Assembly: GCF_018977255.1 (NCBI RefSeq)
Contig: NW_024704742.1
Location: forward strand, 53,880,001-53,940,000
Length of the DNA stretch: 60,000 nt
Direction: 5' to 3'
Source of the DNA: Callorhinchus milii
Taxonomy: Eukaryota
Position 1 is the stretch's first letter. Each line of letters starts with the position of its first letter. Shown one piece after another: positions 23,986-34,890 of this stretch. Position numbers and translations under genes: made by a program. The notes beneath the pieces were generated by a model that saw only the letters and a list, made by a program, of their open reading frames with translations, did not search any database and had not been told where the DNA came from.

Positions 23986-24665
23986 CTGTTGTGCTAACAT
24001 TCTAGACCATGATACCTATTTTGAGTCATCTACCCATAAATGCAGAAGGAGGATAAAAGGAATATCTAGGTCTTAGAATAGAGATAATAATCCTTTCATT
24101 TGCTTGAAGCTCAGTAAATAAATACTCATGATTATCTCTCATATAAAGTAAAGCCTTTTGTGTAGCAAAAGTTCCTCAGCTTTTACCCATAATATTGTAA
24201 CTCTTCTAACCATTGCCTTAAATACCTTCAATGCACCAGCAAAACAACATGAACCAAAGGCTTATATTTACACCATATATATAAACTATATAAATATATA
24301 TGTACATCCAGATAGTTTAGAAGACTCTTCTTCCAAGGCACAGAAGTGGGATATTACTGATCATTCTGATCAACTCTAATGCTTCCTTCCTTTGGAATTC
24401 AATGTGGTAATTATCATTTTAGATCTATTAAGAAGCATCACATTGTTCACTTTATTATTGGATTTATGCTTTGCTAACCACAACTCCTCACTAGTGATTA
24501 CATGAAGAGATTTTTCTGAATAGCAATTAGTTTCCCTACATTAATAAGATGGCAGGAATTATCATTAATCAGATGACTCATCACTCCCTCCCCTCCCCGA
24601 AGTACCTCTACGAGACAACTATGTTCATGACAAAGTTACCATTTTCAAGTTAACAGTGATAATCC

Positions 24666-25046
24666 TTATAATAATAATAATAATAATAATAATCCTTGCA
24701 TTCGATGTAGCGCCTTATCACATTGTTGAGACATCTCAAAGCATTTCACAGAATATACTGCAAAGTGAATTGACCGTATATTTTATGGGTGAAATGCGTT
24801 ATCAAATTATGCACAGCAGTGTCCCAGAAACAATTGTGAATTGAGTTACCCAATTTTTTTTAAGGAATTATTAACCCCAGAAAAGCGATCTGCCAATCGA
24901 CTGACTGGGTTCCTACTTACTGCTAGGTAAACAGAGGTGTATGGAGTAAAGAAACTTGCCTAGGGGTTTTGCCCTGCACGTGAATTGAACCTGGGTGCTC
25001 TCACTTGCAAGGTAAAGTGCTCTAAATCAATATGCTACAGGACTCC
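24666..25046 (-). mobile_element. tRNA-Ala SINE, full length, long form
   Basis: Same head and tail as 10341-10678 plus an extra segment GGTTCCTACTTACTGCTAGGTAAACAGAGG. Confidence 0.9.
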
Positions 25047-25329
25047 AAGTTACAGGAGACATGCTCAGCAGAAAAAACAATTCTGCTATCTTTAACATCA
25101 CCTGCAAAATAGACAATTCCTACACTACAGTAAACCCTGTGAAGCACTTTGAGTCACCCTCCTGACATGAAAGGTGCTGTAGCAAGTGTAAGATTTATTC
25201 TTTTTATCATTGGATTGGAATTATATCTGTCTATTACTGATCTTTTTCGCCCACAAAACACAAAGTGAAAACATTCACTCACAAGATGACAACCATTATG
25301 TACTATGATAATAGTAATATTAAGAATAA

Positions 25330-25515
25330 TTAATAATAATAATCATTGCATTTGATATAGCCTTTTCATGTCAGGAGAACCTCTCAAAGCACTTCACGTG
25401 ATTTTATTTGAAGTGTAGTGACTGGGTATTGGACTGTCATTCTAAACGGTGAGCTCAAAGTCCCTACATGGAAGTTGAACCCAGAGGCCTGTTACAAACT
25501 GAGCCAGGCTAATCC
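25330..25515 (-). mobile_element. Deu-family SINE remnant
   Basis: (TAA)n tail, TTGCATTTGATATAG, and head remnant ACTGAGCCAGGCT. Confidence 0.65.
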
Positions 25516-25796
25516 CGCATGAAAATATAATTTAAGGTTTTGTTACATTATCGTTGTGTTTTAAAAATTAATGTTCCGACTGAGAACACAATGGAAATAC
25601 AACATTATTCAACTGTTTTATTCACACATGCTACTAAAATTCGTTTTGTACGTTTGATCACATAGCCACTAGTAGAGTTTGAATGCACTTTGTTCATAGG
25701 ATAATCTGCAACTATATCATAAACCTTGTGTGAAATGTGTGCTGAATTAAGAACTGGAGAGTGAGGTATTGATCCCCAGCTGGTCCAAATGCAAGT

Positions 25797-25897
25797 CTGG
25801 ACTGGGTTCGGGTCTGAAATGCTGTATTCTGTCCAGCGCCTTGGTACGTCCTCCCGACGTGAAAGGCGCTAAACAAATGTAATCTTGTTGTTGTTGT
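25797..25897 (+). mobile_element. L2 family B 3' tail
   Basis: AGCGCCTTGGTACGTCCTCCCGACGTGAAAGGCGCT followed by (TTG)n. Confidence 0.88.
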
Positions 25898-25911
25898 AAA
25901 TGAACTTGAAA

Positions 25912-25975
25912 AACAACAACAACTTGGATTTATATAGCGCCCTCCACGCTGGACTGCATCTCAGAGCACTTCTCT
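25912..25975 (-). mobile_element. L2 family A 3' tail
   Basis: (AAC)n TTGGATTTATATAGCGCCCTCCACGCTGGAC, the reverse complement of the family A end. Confidence 0.85.
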
Positions 25976-26454
25976 CTGTGACATAGTGAAATGTGACATA
26001 GTGTGAACAATATACACACACACTTCTAAGCTAATTTTAATGACATAAATAACTAACATAAAATTATGCCCTAACCATTTCCTTAAAGAGATCATAGTCC
26101 AAGAACAAAATTGCCCTCCAGCTTTCATATTTTATAAACAAAATCACAACTTTTAAAGTTTTCATCTTTTTTCTTGAGGCTAGTAGTTAGGAAGAACCGT
26201 GTTTTACAAGAATCCTGGAAGCTATTCTTTCTCGTCTCGACTCTAATATGGCCCAAGATGCAGGAGCACTTTAAGACATATTTCCATCTAATTTACATGT
26301 ATCTGTAGTGCTCTTCTATAGCACCCTTGCAGCCATAATGAAATATTTATTTTAAAATACATAAAACTACAATGAAGGGGTAATGGAATCATATTATATT
26401 TACACATTATACATGTACTAACAAAAGGTGAAGCCCCTGACAATATAATAATAA

Positions 26455-26596
26455 TAAAATAATAATAATAGTCCTTGTATTTTATAAGGTGCCTTACCAC
26501 GTTGTTGAAACAATGCAATACACTTTGCAGGATTTTTGCTATGAAAGTGTCGTGACTGTGCATTTGTAGGTGAACAGAGCAGCCATTTACCTAAAT
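26455..26596 (-). mobile_element. SINE 3' tail fragment (host of the MITE)
   Basis: AATAATAATAGTCCTTGTATTT...GTGACTGTGCATTTGTAGGTGAACAGAGCAGCCATTT. Confidence 0.7.
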
Positions 26597-26669
26597 CAGT
26601 GGTGACCAACCTTTATGATCGTCCAACAAAATAAATGTTCTCAATTGAATATTTCTTGATTTATGCTAT

Positions 26670-26829
26670 ACAACAACAACAAGATTGCATTTATTGAGCG
26701 GCTTTCACGTCGGGAGGACGTCCCAAGGCGCTGGACAGTTGGGTCGGGACCTGAGCAGGGGGGAAATGGTCAGGGTGAGGGGAGGGAAGGGAGGGAGCGA
26801 GGAGGGGAGCTGAAGGCACGGTTGAAGAG
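26670..26829 (-). mobile_element. L2 family B 3' end nested in the MITE
   Basis: (CAA)n...TTTCACGTCGGGAGGACGTCCCAAGGCGCTGGACAG. Confidence 0.88.
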
Positions 26830-26890
26830 AATATTCAATCAAGAAAAAACTGAAAACACATTATCGATCGAACATAGACTTACCATAGAC

Positions 26891-27668
26891 GTCGTCAATG
26901 TCTAAAATCACATGGTTCTCACCTCCTCCACCTACCCGACCTCCCTCTAAAACTCTCCAAACCTGTACACAACCTAGGCATCAGGTTCGACCCCCAATTA
27001 TCCTTCCTCTCCCACATCCAGTCCCTCACCAGCATCGCTTTCTTCCACCTCCAACACATCGCCCATCTCTGCCAATATCTCACTCCAAAAGCCGCTGAAC
27101 CCTGGTCCATGCCTTTGTCACCTCTTGGCTGGACTATTCAAATGTCCTCCTCGCCGGCCTCCCCTCCACTACCATCCAAAACTCTGCCGCCCGCATTCTC
27201 ACCTGCACCAAACTCCGCTCCCCGATTACCCCAGTCCTTGCCAGACTGCACTGGCTGCCTGTCCCAGAGAGGATCGACTTCAAGATCCTCACTCTTGTCT
27301 TCAAATCCCTCCACTCCTCTGCACACCCCTACTTCTCTGACCTCCTCTCTCCTCAAAACAGTGCCCGCTGCCTTCGCTTCACTGGGTCTGGCCTCCTCCT
27401 CGTCCCCCGAGTCCTCCGCTCCACCCTCAGTGGCTGTGCCTTCAGCCACTACACCCCGAGGCTCTGGAACTCCTTTCCTCACTCCCTTCGCCTCGCTCCC
27501 GCTCTTCCTATTTTCAGGTCTCGACTGAAGACCTTTCTTTTCGACTGCGCCTTTGGTCATCTTCCGCCCCCTCCCCCTGGCTCGGTCCTGGGATCCGTTG
27601 CTGTGAAGCGCTCTGAGACGCCGTCCGGCGTGGAGGGCGCTATATAAATCCAAGTTGTTGTTGTTGTT
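26891..27668 (+). mobile_element. L2 family A, 5'-truncated, nested in the MITE
   Basis: Encodes VHNLGIRFDPQLSFLSHI...VHAFVTSWLDYSNVLLAGLP (L2 ORF2 C-terminus); (TTG)n tail; imperfect flanking repeat TTACCATAGAC/TTACCGAGAC. Confidence 0.93.
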
Positions 27669-27837
27669 ACCGAGACTTGTGTGAGTGCTTGGGGGTGGGG
27701 GTGTGCTGCTTCTTGAGTGAAGACCACTTTCGGCCCATGGGCCACAGGTTGGCCACCACTGATTTAAATGATTGCTGATCAGTACACCAGGAAAAATTTG
27801 AACAGGCAGATAAATACCTCATCATCATGCAACTATC

Positions 27838-28613
27838 ATACTCCCTCTTGGTGGCATCATCCGCAGACATAACAGGCTTTTACATATATACGGATGACAC
27901 CCAACTCTATCTCTCTGCCTGTCAGGCATCAAGTCCTGGATGAGAACCAACTTTCTACAGTTGAACGTCAACAAGACCAAGGCTCTCCTGATTGGCTCCC
28001 GTCAGCGCCTCCGCACCTCAGGCACTGGCAGCAACAGCATCCACGGATGAACACTGCACCTCACTGAGCTAGTCAGGAACCTAGTCCGACATTCAATTGT
28101 CCTTTCTCCCACACATCTGTGCCATGACCCGCTCTGCCTTCCCCCACCTCTGCAAAATTGACTGACTTCGCCACAGCCTCACCCTCAGGCGGCTGAAACC
28201 CTCATACATACATTCCTTACAGCTAGGCTCGACTATACCAACTACATGCTTATCGGCCTTCCCAACTCTTCCCTCCACAAGCTGCAGATCATCCAGAAGT
28301 CTGCAGCTTGTGTCCTTTCCCGCACCAAGTTACATGACCCCATCACACCCTAACCCGACTCCCATAACTCCCTATCCCTCAGCGGATCCAGTTCAAAATT
28401 CTCATCCTCACCTTCAAGACCATCCACGGACCTGCCCCCTCCTACCTCTCCAACCTCCTACCTTGTCAACCTATCCACTCCCTCTGCCCTCCACCCTCCC
28501 TGATCCCAAACCCCCACCCTGGGTTCGGGTCCTAATCCCTAACCCCTGACTGTTCAGCGCCTTACGACGTCCTCCCAAATATAAAAGGCGCTTTACAAAT
28601 ACAATTTGGTATT
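27838..28613 (+). mobile_element. L2 family B, deleted copy
   Basis: LPLGGIIRRH, YTDDTQLYLS and FLQLNVNKT-type motifs; family B tail. Confidence 0.9.
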
Positions 28614-29300
28614 GCATCACTGCTACACCTTTAAGGATAATCAAGACACTGATAGCAATATGTTTCCTGTGAGCTGCTGTGAGACACCATGTGTCAAGAT
28701 ACAACTGAAACAAGGTTCATTTTTCTTAAAGCGATTAAACAGCTTTTATTTTCAAGTTCCGTCTCGCATTGTGAACATGGTTTAGGATCTCCTCTCAACA
28801 TGAAAGGTGCTCCATAAATGTAACTTGTATTGTATAAGTTATATTATTCATTCTAAATATGGTGAAACATAAATTTTCCTCTAAAATAAAATTTATTGAT
28901 TGATGAATTGATATTTTAAGCCAGTGCTAGTTTGTATCTAGGCAATAAGGTCTTTATAAAAATCCTTGCATTTGATATAATGCCTTTTACATCAGGAGGA
29001 CATCTCAAAGCGTTTCACAGGATGTAATGCACAGTGTAGTAACGTTGCATTTTTAAGGCAAGTGCCTACATATTTCTGTTTATGGGGACATGACATATTA
29101 TTAACTATAAAATGCAATGTTCAATCTTAAAATACAACAAACAACAATTGCATATATTATTTTACCCCCATTTTATTCCTCAAATGCAGTATGTTGTTTG
29201 GGCATGGATTGTCATGTGCTTGTTTTTCCATTGCTTTCACTATCATACACTGACAATACATTACACTGAAGGATTACAAACCAAGCTTCTCTACACCACT

Positions 29301-29630
29301 ATTTGCAAGCAGTAGAACCCAAGTTCGATTCCCGGGCAGGGCAAAACCTTAGACAAGGTTCCTTACTCCATATGCCTCTGTTTATCTGGTAGTAAGTAGG
29401 AACCCGGTTGTTAGTCGATGTGGCGGATTGCTTTCCGGGGATAATAATCGCTCCAAAAGAAATTGGGTCACTCGATCCACAGCTGTTTGTGGGACACTCC
29501 TGTATGCAATTGACTATCATGTTTCACCCACAAAATACAAAGTCAAATCTACTTTACAATATATTCCTTGACGCTCTTTGAGACGTCTCAACAACATGAT
29601 AAGGCACTATATCAAATGCAAGGATTATTA
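29301..29630 (+). mobile_element. tRNA-Ala SINE, long form, head partly lost
   Basis: TTGCAAGC...GTTCGATTCCCGGGCAGGGCAAAACCTT...AGTAAGTAGGAACCCGG...ATCAAATGCAAGGATTATTA. Confidence 0.88.
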
Positions 29631-30261
29631 TGATTTGAAATCAATTTCCAGCTGATGGATACAGTAATTCTAAGAAGTTTAATCTATGGCAGTGTCCAAA
29701 GTAATAAGTTTCAGCAAGACATTCACACACTCTAGCTCAAATGTAAATTACGAACCTCACTAGTGAAACATACCCACTTCTAAGAAAAGTAGCATTTTAG
29801 AAATGATTTAAACTTTGAGGAAAAATAGAAAGAATTTTCAGAATAATACTCAAGAATACTTATTTTTTCATTCATTTGAAACTGCTTCATTCTAGGAATA
29901 CAGTGATATGGAACGGGAAGTCTGAATCTAATTGTCTTCAATTGTAGTAGAATAAACTAAACACCCTTTTATAGTCTGTGTGCTAGCATAACTTGGCAGA
30001 TACACGAATAATAAAATCTGGGATTTGCTTTATAATGCCATTAAAGAGCTGGTCTCAGATTGAAAAATGGTTTGTTGAAAGAGCGGTGATTACCCCTGGG
30101 GGAGTAAGATCCCATTCAATGCTGCTTTCATACTGCGTGGGTATGAATTGCACTGTTCCTAAAACTACCTCCTCCAGGTGGTGTCAGGGGAATGGATTCA
30201 GCACAATTCATTCTGCCTCAGTCCCCACTTTAACTGTATGTTTTTTTTACCTTAGTACAAT

Positions 30262-30868
30262 AATAAAATAATCTTTGCAATTGAAATAGCGCCTTAACAT
30301 GTCAAAACATCTCAAAGCACTTTGCAGAAGTGTAGGTATTCTGTATTCTGTTTTAGTAAACAAATGCAACAGTCCATGTACACACAGCAATGTGACCCAA
30401 ATTGCCATTCCTGGAGTGAATAACGTTTTTAACAAATTATAAGATTGTTGACCAGAACACCAGGAGAAATTCTCTTCACTTTTTGAATTGGGCTGATGGC
30501 GCTTCTAATTCCACTTAAGCAAGAAGACGGGATCCCTTGCCTCCTTCAAGACCTGTCTCAAGATCCTCCTCTTCAACTGTGCCTTCAATCACCCTCCTTC
30601 CCCTTTGCCCTCCATGCTCCCCGATCCTGACTCCCAGTTTGGGTCTGAAACACTGATCGTCCAGCACCTTGGAACATCCTCCTGAAGTGAAAGGCGCCAT
30701 CCAAATGTAATTTTGTTGTTTTAACATTCATGCAAAGGGCAACACCTCTGACAGTGCAGTGCTCCTCCAATACAACAATGGAGCGTCAACCTAAACTATG
30801 AGCTCCAAGTCCTACAACCTTCTGCCTCAATGGAGAAAGTGCTACAAACTGACCCAGGCCAACACCTA
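30262..30868 (-). mobile_element. Deu-domain SINE split by an L2 family B tail (30534-30720, +)
   Basis: SINE body stops at CAAGAAGACGGGAT and resumes at TTAACATTCATGCAAAGGGCAACACCTCTGACAGTGCAG after the L2 (TTG)n tail. Confidence 0.8.
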
Positions 30869-31461
30869 TACGACAACAACTTGCATTTATATAGCAGACG
30901 TTACACGGTCATGTCCCAGAGCACTTGATCATCATTAGTGCCCCAGAGTTCTTGGTATTGAGTGTACTGCACAATTTGCATTGAACTGCATTATAATTGT
31001 ATAATATTGTACAATATTTCCAAATTTTTCCAGTTTCCTAGATATTCAATTTAAATCCGAGATGTGGAGAGCAAATAGACCATCCAGGTTGGTCTACAGT
31101 TTTGGCACAGCTTGTCATTTCAGTGAAACATTAACCTCAAAGTATTTTAAGCTACTGAGCAATTAACCTTTCTGTAAGGAGGAGAAAGTTAGGTACACTG
31201 TGTCCTTTTGGAGACAGAAATAGGACACAAAAGAAAAATGGTATTTCAACCATGGGACAAAAGGATGAAAGAGAAATAAAATGTTCAAGGTGTTGGAAAG
31301 AGAAAGGAAGGTGAGTCAGTCAACTCAGGTGAGATTATATTGAAATATTCAGGATCTTAAAGGGAAAAGATAAGTTGAACCCACGATAATACCATTACAA
31401 TTCTGCAGTGAGTTTCTCTGAACATAATGGCTGCTGACCCAGTATGATTGTCAGCCAAGAC

Positions 31462-31648
31462 CAGGGTGGTCTAACATTTTGGCTGCTGAGGGCCAGATGC
31501 CCTATTTGACAAATGGCCATTGGCTGCAGAAGCAATATTTTTGTGTTTCTGTTAAACAAAGATAACATGGGTTATGGAGGGAGCAGGTGGGCCAGATGAA
31601 ATGTAGCGGGGGTTGGGATGGTGGGTGGGGGGATGAAATTGGTGACTG
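31462..31648. mobile_element. Degenerate hAT-like MITE relic
   Basis: CAGGGTGGTCTAACATTTT start and repeated GGGCCAGAT subterminal motifs typical of Charlie-type elements; right end poor. Confidence 0.4.
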
Positions 31649-32699
31649 TAATTCATGTGCTTTGTATGCTTATGGGTTCTTCAGTCAAGAACCACTGCTG
31701 TTCTGACAGGCTGTCTGTCAGACTTAAATCTGGATGAGACTTAACTTTCTTCAACTTAAAGCAGAGTCCACGGTAGTCTAAGTGCTTGAGCCCACTGTAT
31801 TCACTGTCGTATGGAGGCCTGCAATGGTGTACAGCCCAGGTCAACATGGGAGCAGGTTTGCTAACACAGATCCTCAGGAAAAATAATTCCAGGTGGAGAT
31901 GCTCACATGTCATGACCGTACCTATAACTGTACCACAGGGCATGGCAATACCTGCCATGATTCAATGACTTACAGTCATCATCTGTGATGATGGACATAC
32001 CATCACTAGATCAGAGTAATATCTGTGGGGCATTAAATATTAAATTACACCAGTGTTCCAGGGTCTCCAGCCCACTGATCGGGTCTAGTCCCTGCAATTT
32101 CACGTTGCATTTCATCATACTCTGTATGAGACCAGTCACAAGGTACAGTTCCAGCGCTCTGGGACCCTATCCTGTGTGAGGGGAGCTATATAAACGCAAG
32201 TTGTTGCTGTTACTGTTCTTTGACATTTGCAGCCAAACTAAGGAAGAAGCAGCTATGCTTAAATGCAGCTGCAGGAACAGATGGAATGGAAACTTTATGG
32301 TCTACCAACTGATTCTTTCAGACACATCAAATGGCCAGGAAAATGAGCCAGAAAACATTACAGATAAGAAAATGTGACTTTACTTAAAAAAAATTGATGT
32401 AACGTTTTGTTAAAAAGTCATTCAAATTCTGCTAATGATGAATGGAAAATGTGACCCCCTTTGGTATTCTTTTGATTTTAAATTAGTTTAACCAGGCAGT
32501 CCCAAGGCAATGGAGTTTTTAATAGTAACATACAGAAATTCCAGTAAATACCATGACATTTTCAGTCCTATATCCCATAAGATTTGTTTCAGAAGAGAAA
32601 ACGTATTTCCTCATAGTCTCCCATGAATCATGTGATATTCAAGTTGAGGAAGTGTCTGTTGGGAAAACAACCATGTTCATGAGGTTTCAGGATCTACAG

Positions 32700-32995
32700 T
32701 ATATCCAGCCGTTGGATGAAGTGTTAAACTAGGGTCCCATCTGCCTGTTCAGGTGGACATTACATATCCCATGGCACGACGACAAAAGAAAAGGGAGTTT
32801 CTCCCGGCGTCTTGGCTAATGTCCCTAATTACAATTGGGCATTCACTCCATGGTTATTTTTGGGATATTGCTCTGCGCAAATCAGCAGCCGCATTCATTC
32901 ACAAAATATACAAGTCACACCACTCTACAGTGTACCCTGCAAAGAGCTTTCAGACATCTTGATAAGGCTCCATATCTAATGCAATGGAATATGAT
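32700..32995 (+). mobile_element. Deu-domain SINE, 3' part
   Basis: GTTAAACTAGGGTCCCATCTGCCTGTTCAGGTGGACATTACATATCCCATGGCAC. Confidence 0.75.
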
Positions 32996-33290
32996 TATAA
33001 TGCATCTCCTATAGGAAAACCAATGTGCATGTTCTTAACCTATGAGAACTTAGGTCTAACCCGATATTCCTTAAGTCCAATTCTCATAGGTCAGCATGAC
33101 ATGTATTGATGTATCCAGTGGACACACACTTTACATCTTTCGGCTATTTTTGCAATGTTGAGCCATCATTTCCACTGCAGTTTTTCTGACAAAATGCCTC
33201 ATAACCTCATTACATCTTGATAGGTTTGCACTCTTTCATTATGTCATCAGCTTTAAATCCCTTCACAGGTTCTGCAACGTCCTACAAATT

Positions 33291-33597
33291 ATAATAATAG
33301 TCCTTGCATTTGCTATAGCACTTTTCACGTCTTCTGAATGTCTCAAAGCGCTTCACAGAATATACTGTAAAGTGAATTGACTGTATATTTGTGGGCGAAA
33401 TGCGGCAGCCAATTGCACACAGCAGTGTCCCACAAACAGTTGTGGATTGAAGATGATCAATTTATTATTTTTTTCTTGAAGGATTATTATCAGGCGTGTG
33501 GAGTAAGGAAACTTGCTCAAGGTTTTGCTCTGCTGGGAATTGAACCTAAGTCTCTCGCTTGCAAGGTGAGTGCTCTAACCATTGAGCTACAGGACTC
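33291..33597 (-). mobile_element. tRNA-Ala SINE, full length, short form
   Basis: Closely matches 10341-10678 throughout. Confidence 0.92.
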
Positions 33598-33819
33598 TAA
33601 ATGCTACAACACTACAATAACAACAAAATTACATTTGTATAGCACCTTTCAATTCGGGAGGATGTCCCAACCTTGTGGCTCCCTTCGCTCAATAAACATT
33701 GGCCTGCTTCATGTCTCCCACCCTATCCACCCCACCATTAGCAGGCGACTTGCATAAACATCAAAAAGGGCCATTGTTGCTGCTTAAATAGATATGTTCA
33801 GAAAATGCATCAATGACCA

Positions 33820-34212
33820 TGGACCCCCCATGAAAAGGTGTTTAAAATTATAAAAGGATTTCATAAAGTTAGCATAAATAGGCTGTTCACACTTGTTGGC
33901 AAGTCGGTAACTGGGGGACACAGGTATAAGATAGCAACTTGGGAATGTAAAAGAGAATTTAGAAAGCTTCTTCACACAGACGATAGTGAGAATGTGAAAC
34001 TCATTGCCCTAAGCAGTGGTTAAAGCAGATAGAATAGAATTGTATAGACATTTAAGAGGATGCTAGATGTACAAATGAAGGAGAAAGGAACTGAAGGATA
34101 TGCAAGGGAGAAGGTGTGGGTGGAGACTGATGTGGAGTATAAACTCCAGCATGGACCAGATAGGTCAAATGGCCTGATTCTGTGCTGTGCAGTCTATATA
34201 AATCTATATAAA
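33820..34212 (+). mobile_element. CR1 LINE 3' fragment
   Basis: VFKIIKGF...LFTLVGKSVTGGHRYKI (CR1 TRGH region); 3'UTR GGTCAAATGGCCTGATTCTGTGCTG and tandem CTATATAAAT tail. Confidence 0.8.
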
Positions 34213-34439
34213 TCCCTTTAGAAATGTTTACTTATCTTGGAAACCAGCCAAAAGAGATTGGCAAATAGATATGCACAGCTGAAATAACAATAATTCTTGC
34301 TTTAGTTATAGTACCTTTTACGACAGGAGGACACCTCAAAGTGCTTCACAAGATTTCCTGTAATGTGTGGTGACTGTGTAAATACTGAGATACTTCTCAA
34401 GGGCACTTTGTTATAATCAGTACCTGACTTATGTAGTAC

Positions 34440-34890
34440 TGAAGCTCATTACCATGATAACATTTGAGAATTGGTTGCCATTATAGGCACTGCAGCTTCA
34501 AACGATATTGATGCATTACAGAGGCTTCAGAGAACAACAATTAAGTGTGCTTTCAGGATTATTTTATGAGAAAAGGCACAGGGATTGAATTCCTATTCAT
34601 TGAGGTAAAGAGGATTGAGAAGAACCATGATCTAGATGTTTGAAATGTTGAAAGGAATGCATAATGTAGACGTAAGCAGGTTATTTAACTTGAAGTATAA
34701 TTGTAGAACTCGAAGACAGAAGTTCACAATTGGAAGCCTCAAGCAAGATGAGAGATTAGAATTTTTTCCTGCAGTGGATTAGACATGGAAAATACGCCCA
34801 GCAAAAGCAGTTAATATTATGTCAATTAGGTTCCCTGAAAAGAGGCTTGATGAATATCTGGTTAAAAATGGCACTGTAGGTTCAGGATAA
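34440..34890 (+). mobile_element. Old CR1 LINE fragment
   Basis: DIDALQRLQR, RLRRTMI*MFEMLKG and RTRRQKF, degenerate CR1 ORF2 C-terminal motifs. Confidence 0.65.

Larger units (their letters stand above)
26597..27761. mobile_element. hAT (Charlie-type) MITE expanded by two nested L2 insertions
   Basis: TIRs CAGTGGTGACCAACCT / AGGTTGGCCACCACTG; TSD ACCTAAAT/ATTTAAAT; the non-L2 parts are colinear with the reverse complement of 9585-9829. Confidence 0.85.

Noticed and set aside
22945..23986. Overlapping Pro/Ser- or Gly/Glu-rich ORFs (also 26898-27745 and 50627-51324)
   Set aside because: Off-frame and antisense readings of C-rich L2 sequence.
33081..33094. miR-192/215 gene
   Set aside because: Only the first 11 nt match, and no miR-194 partner is visible nearby.
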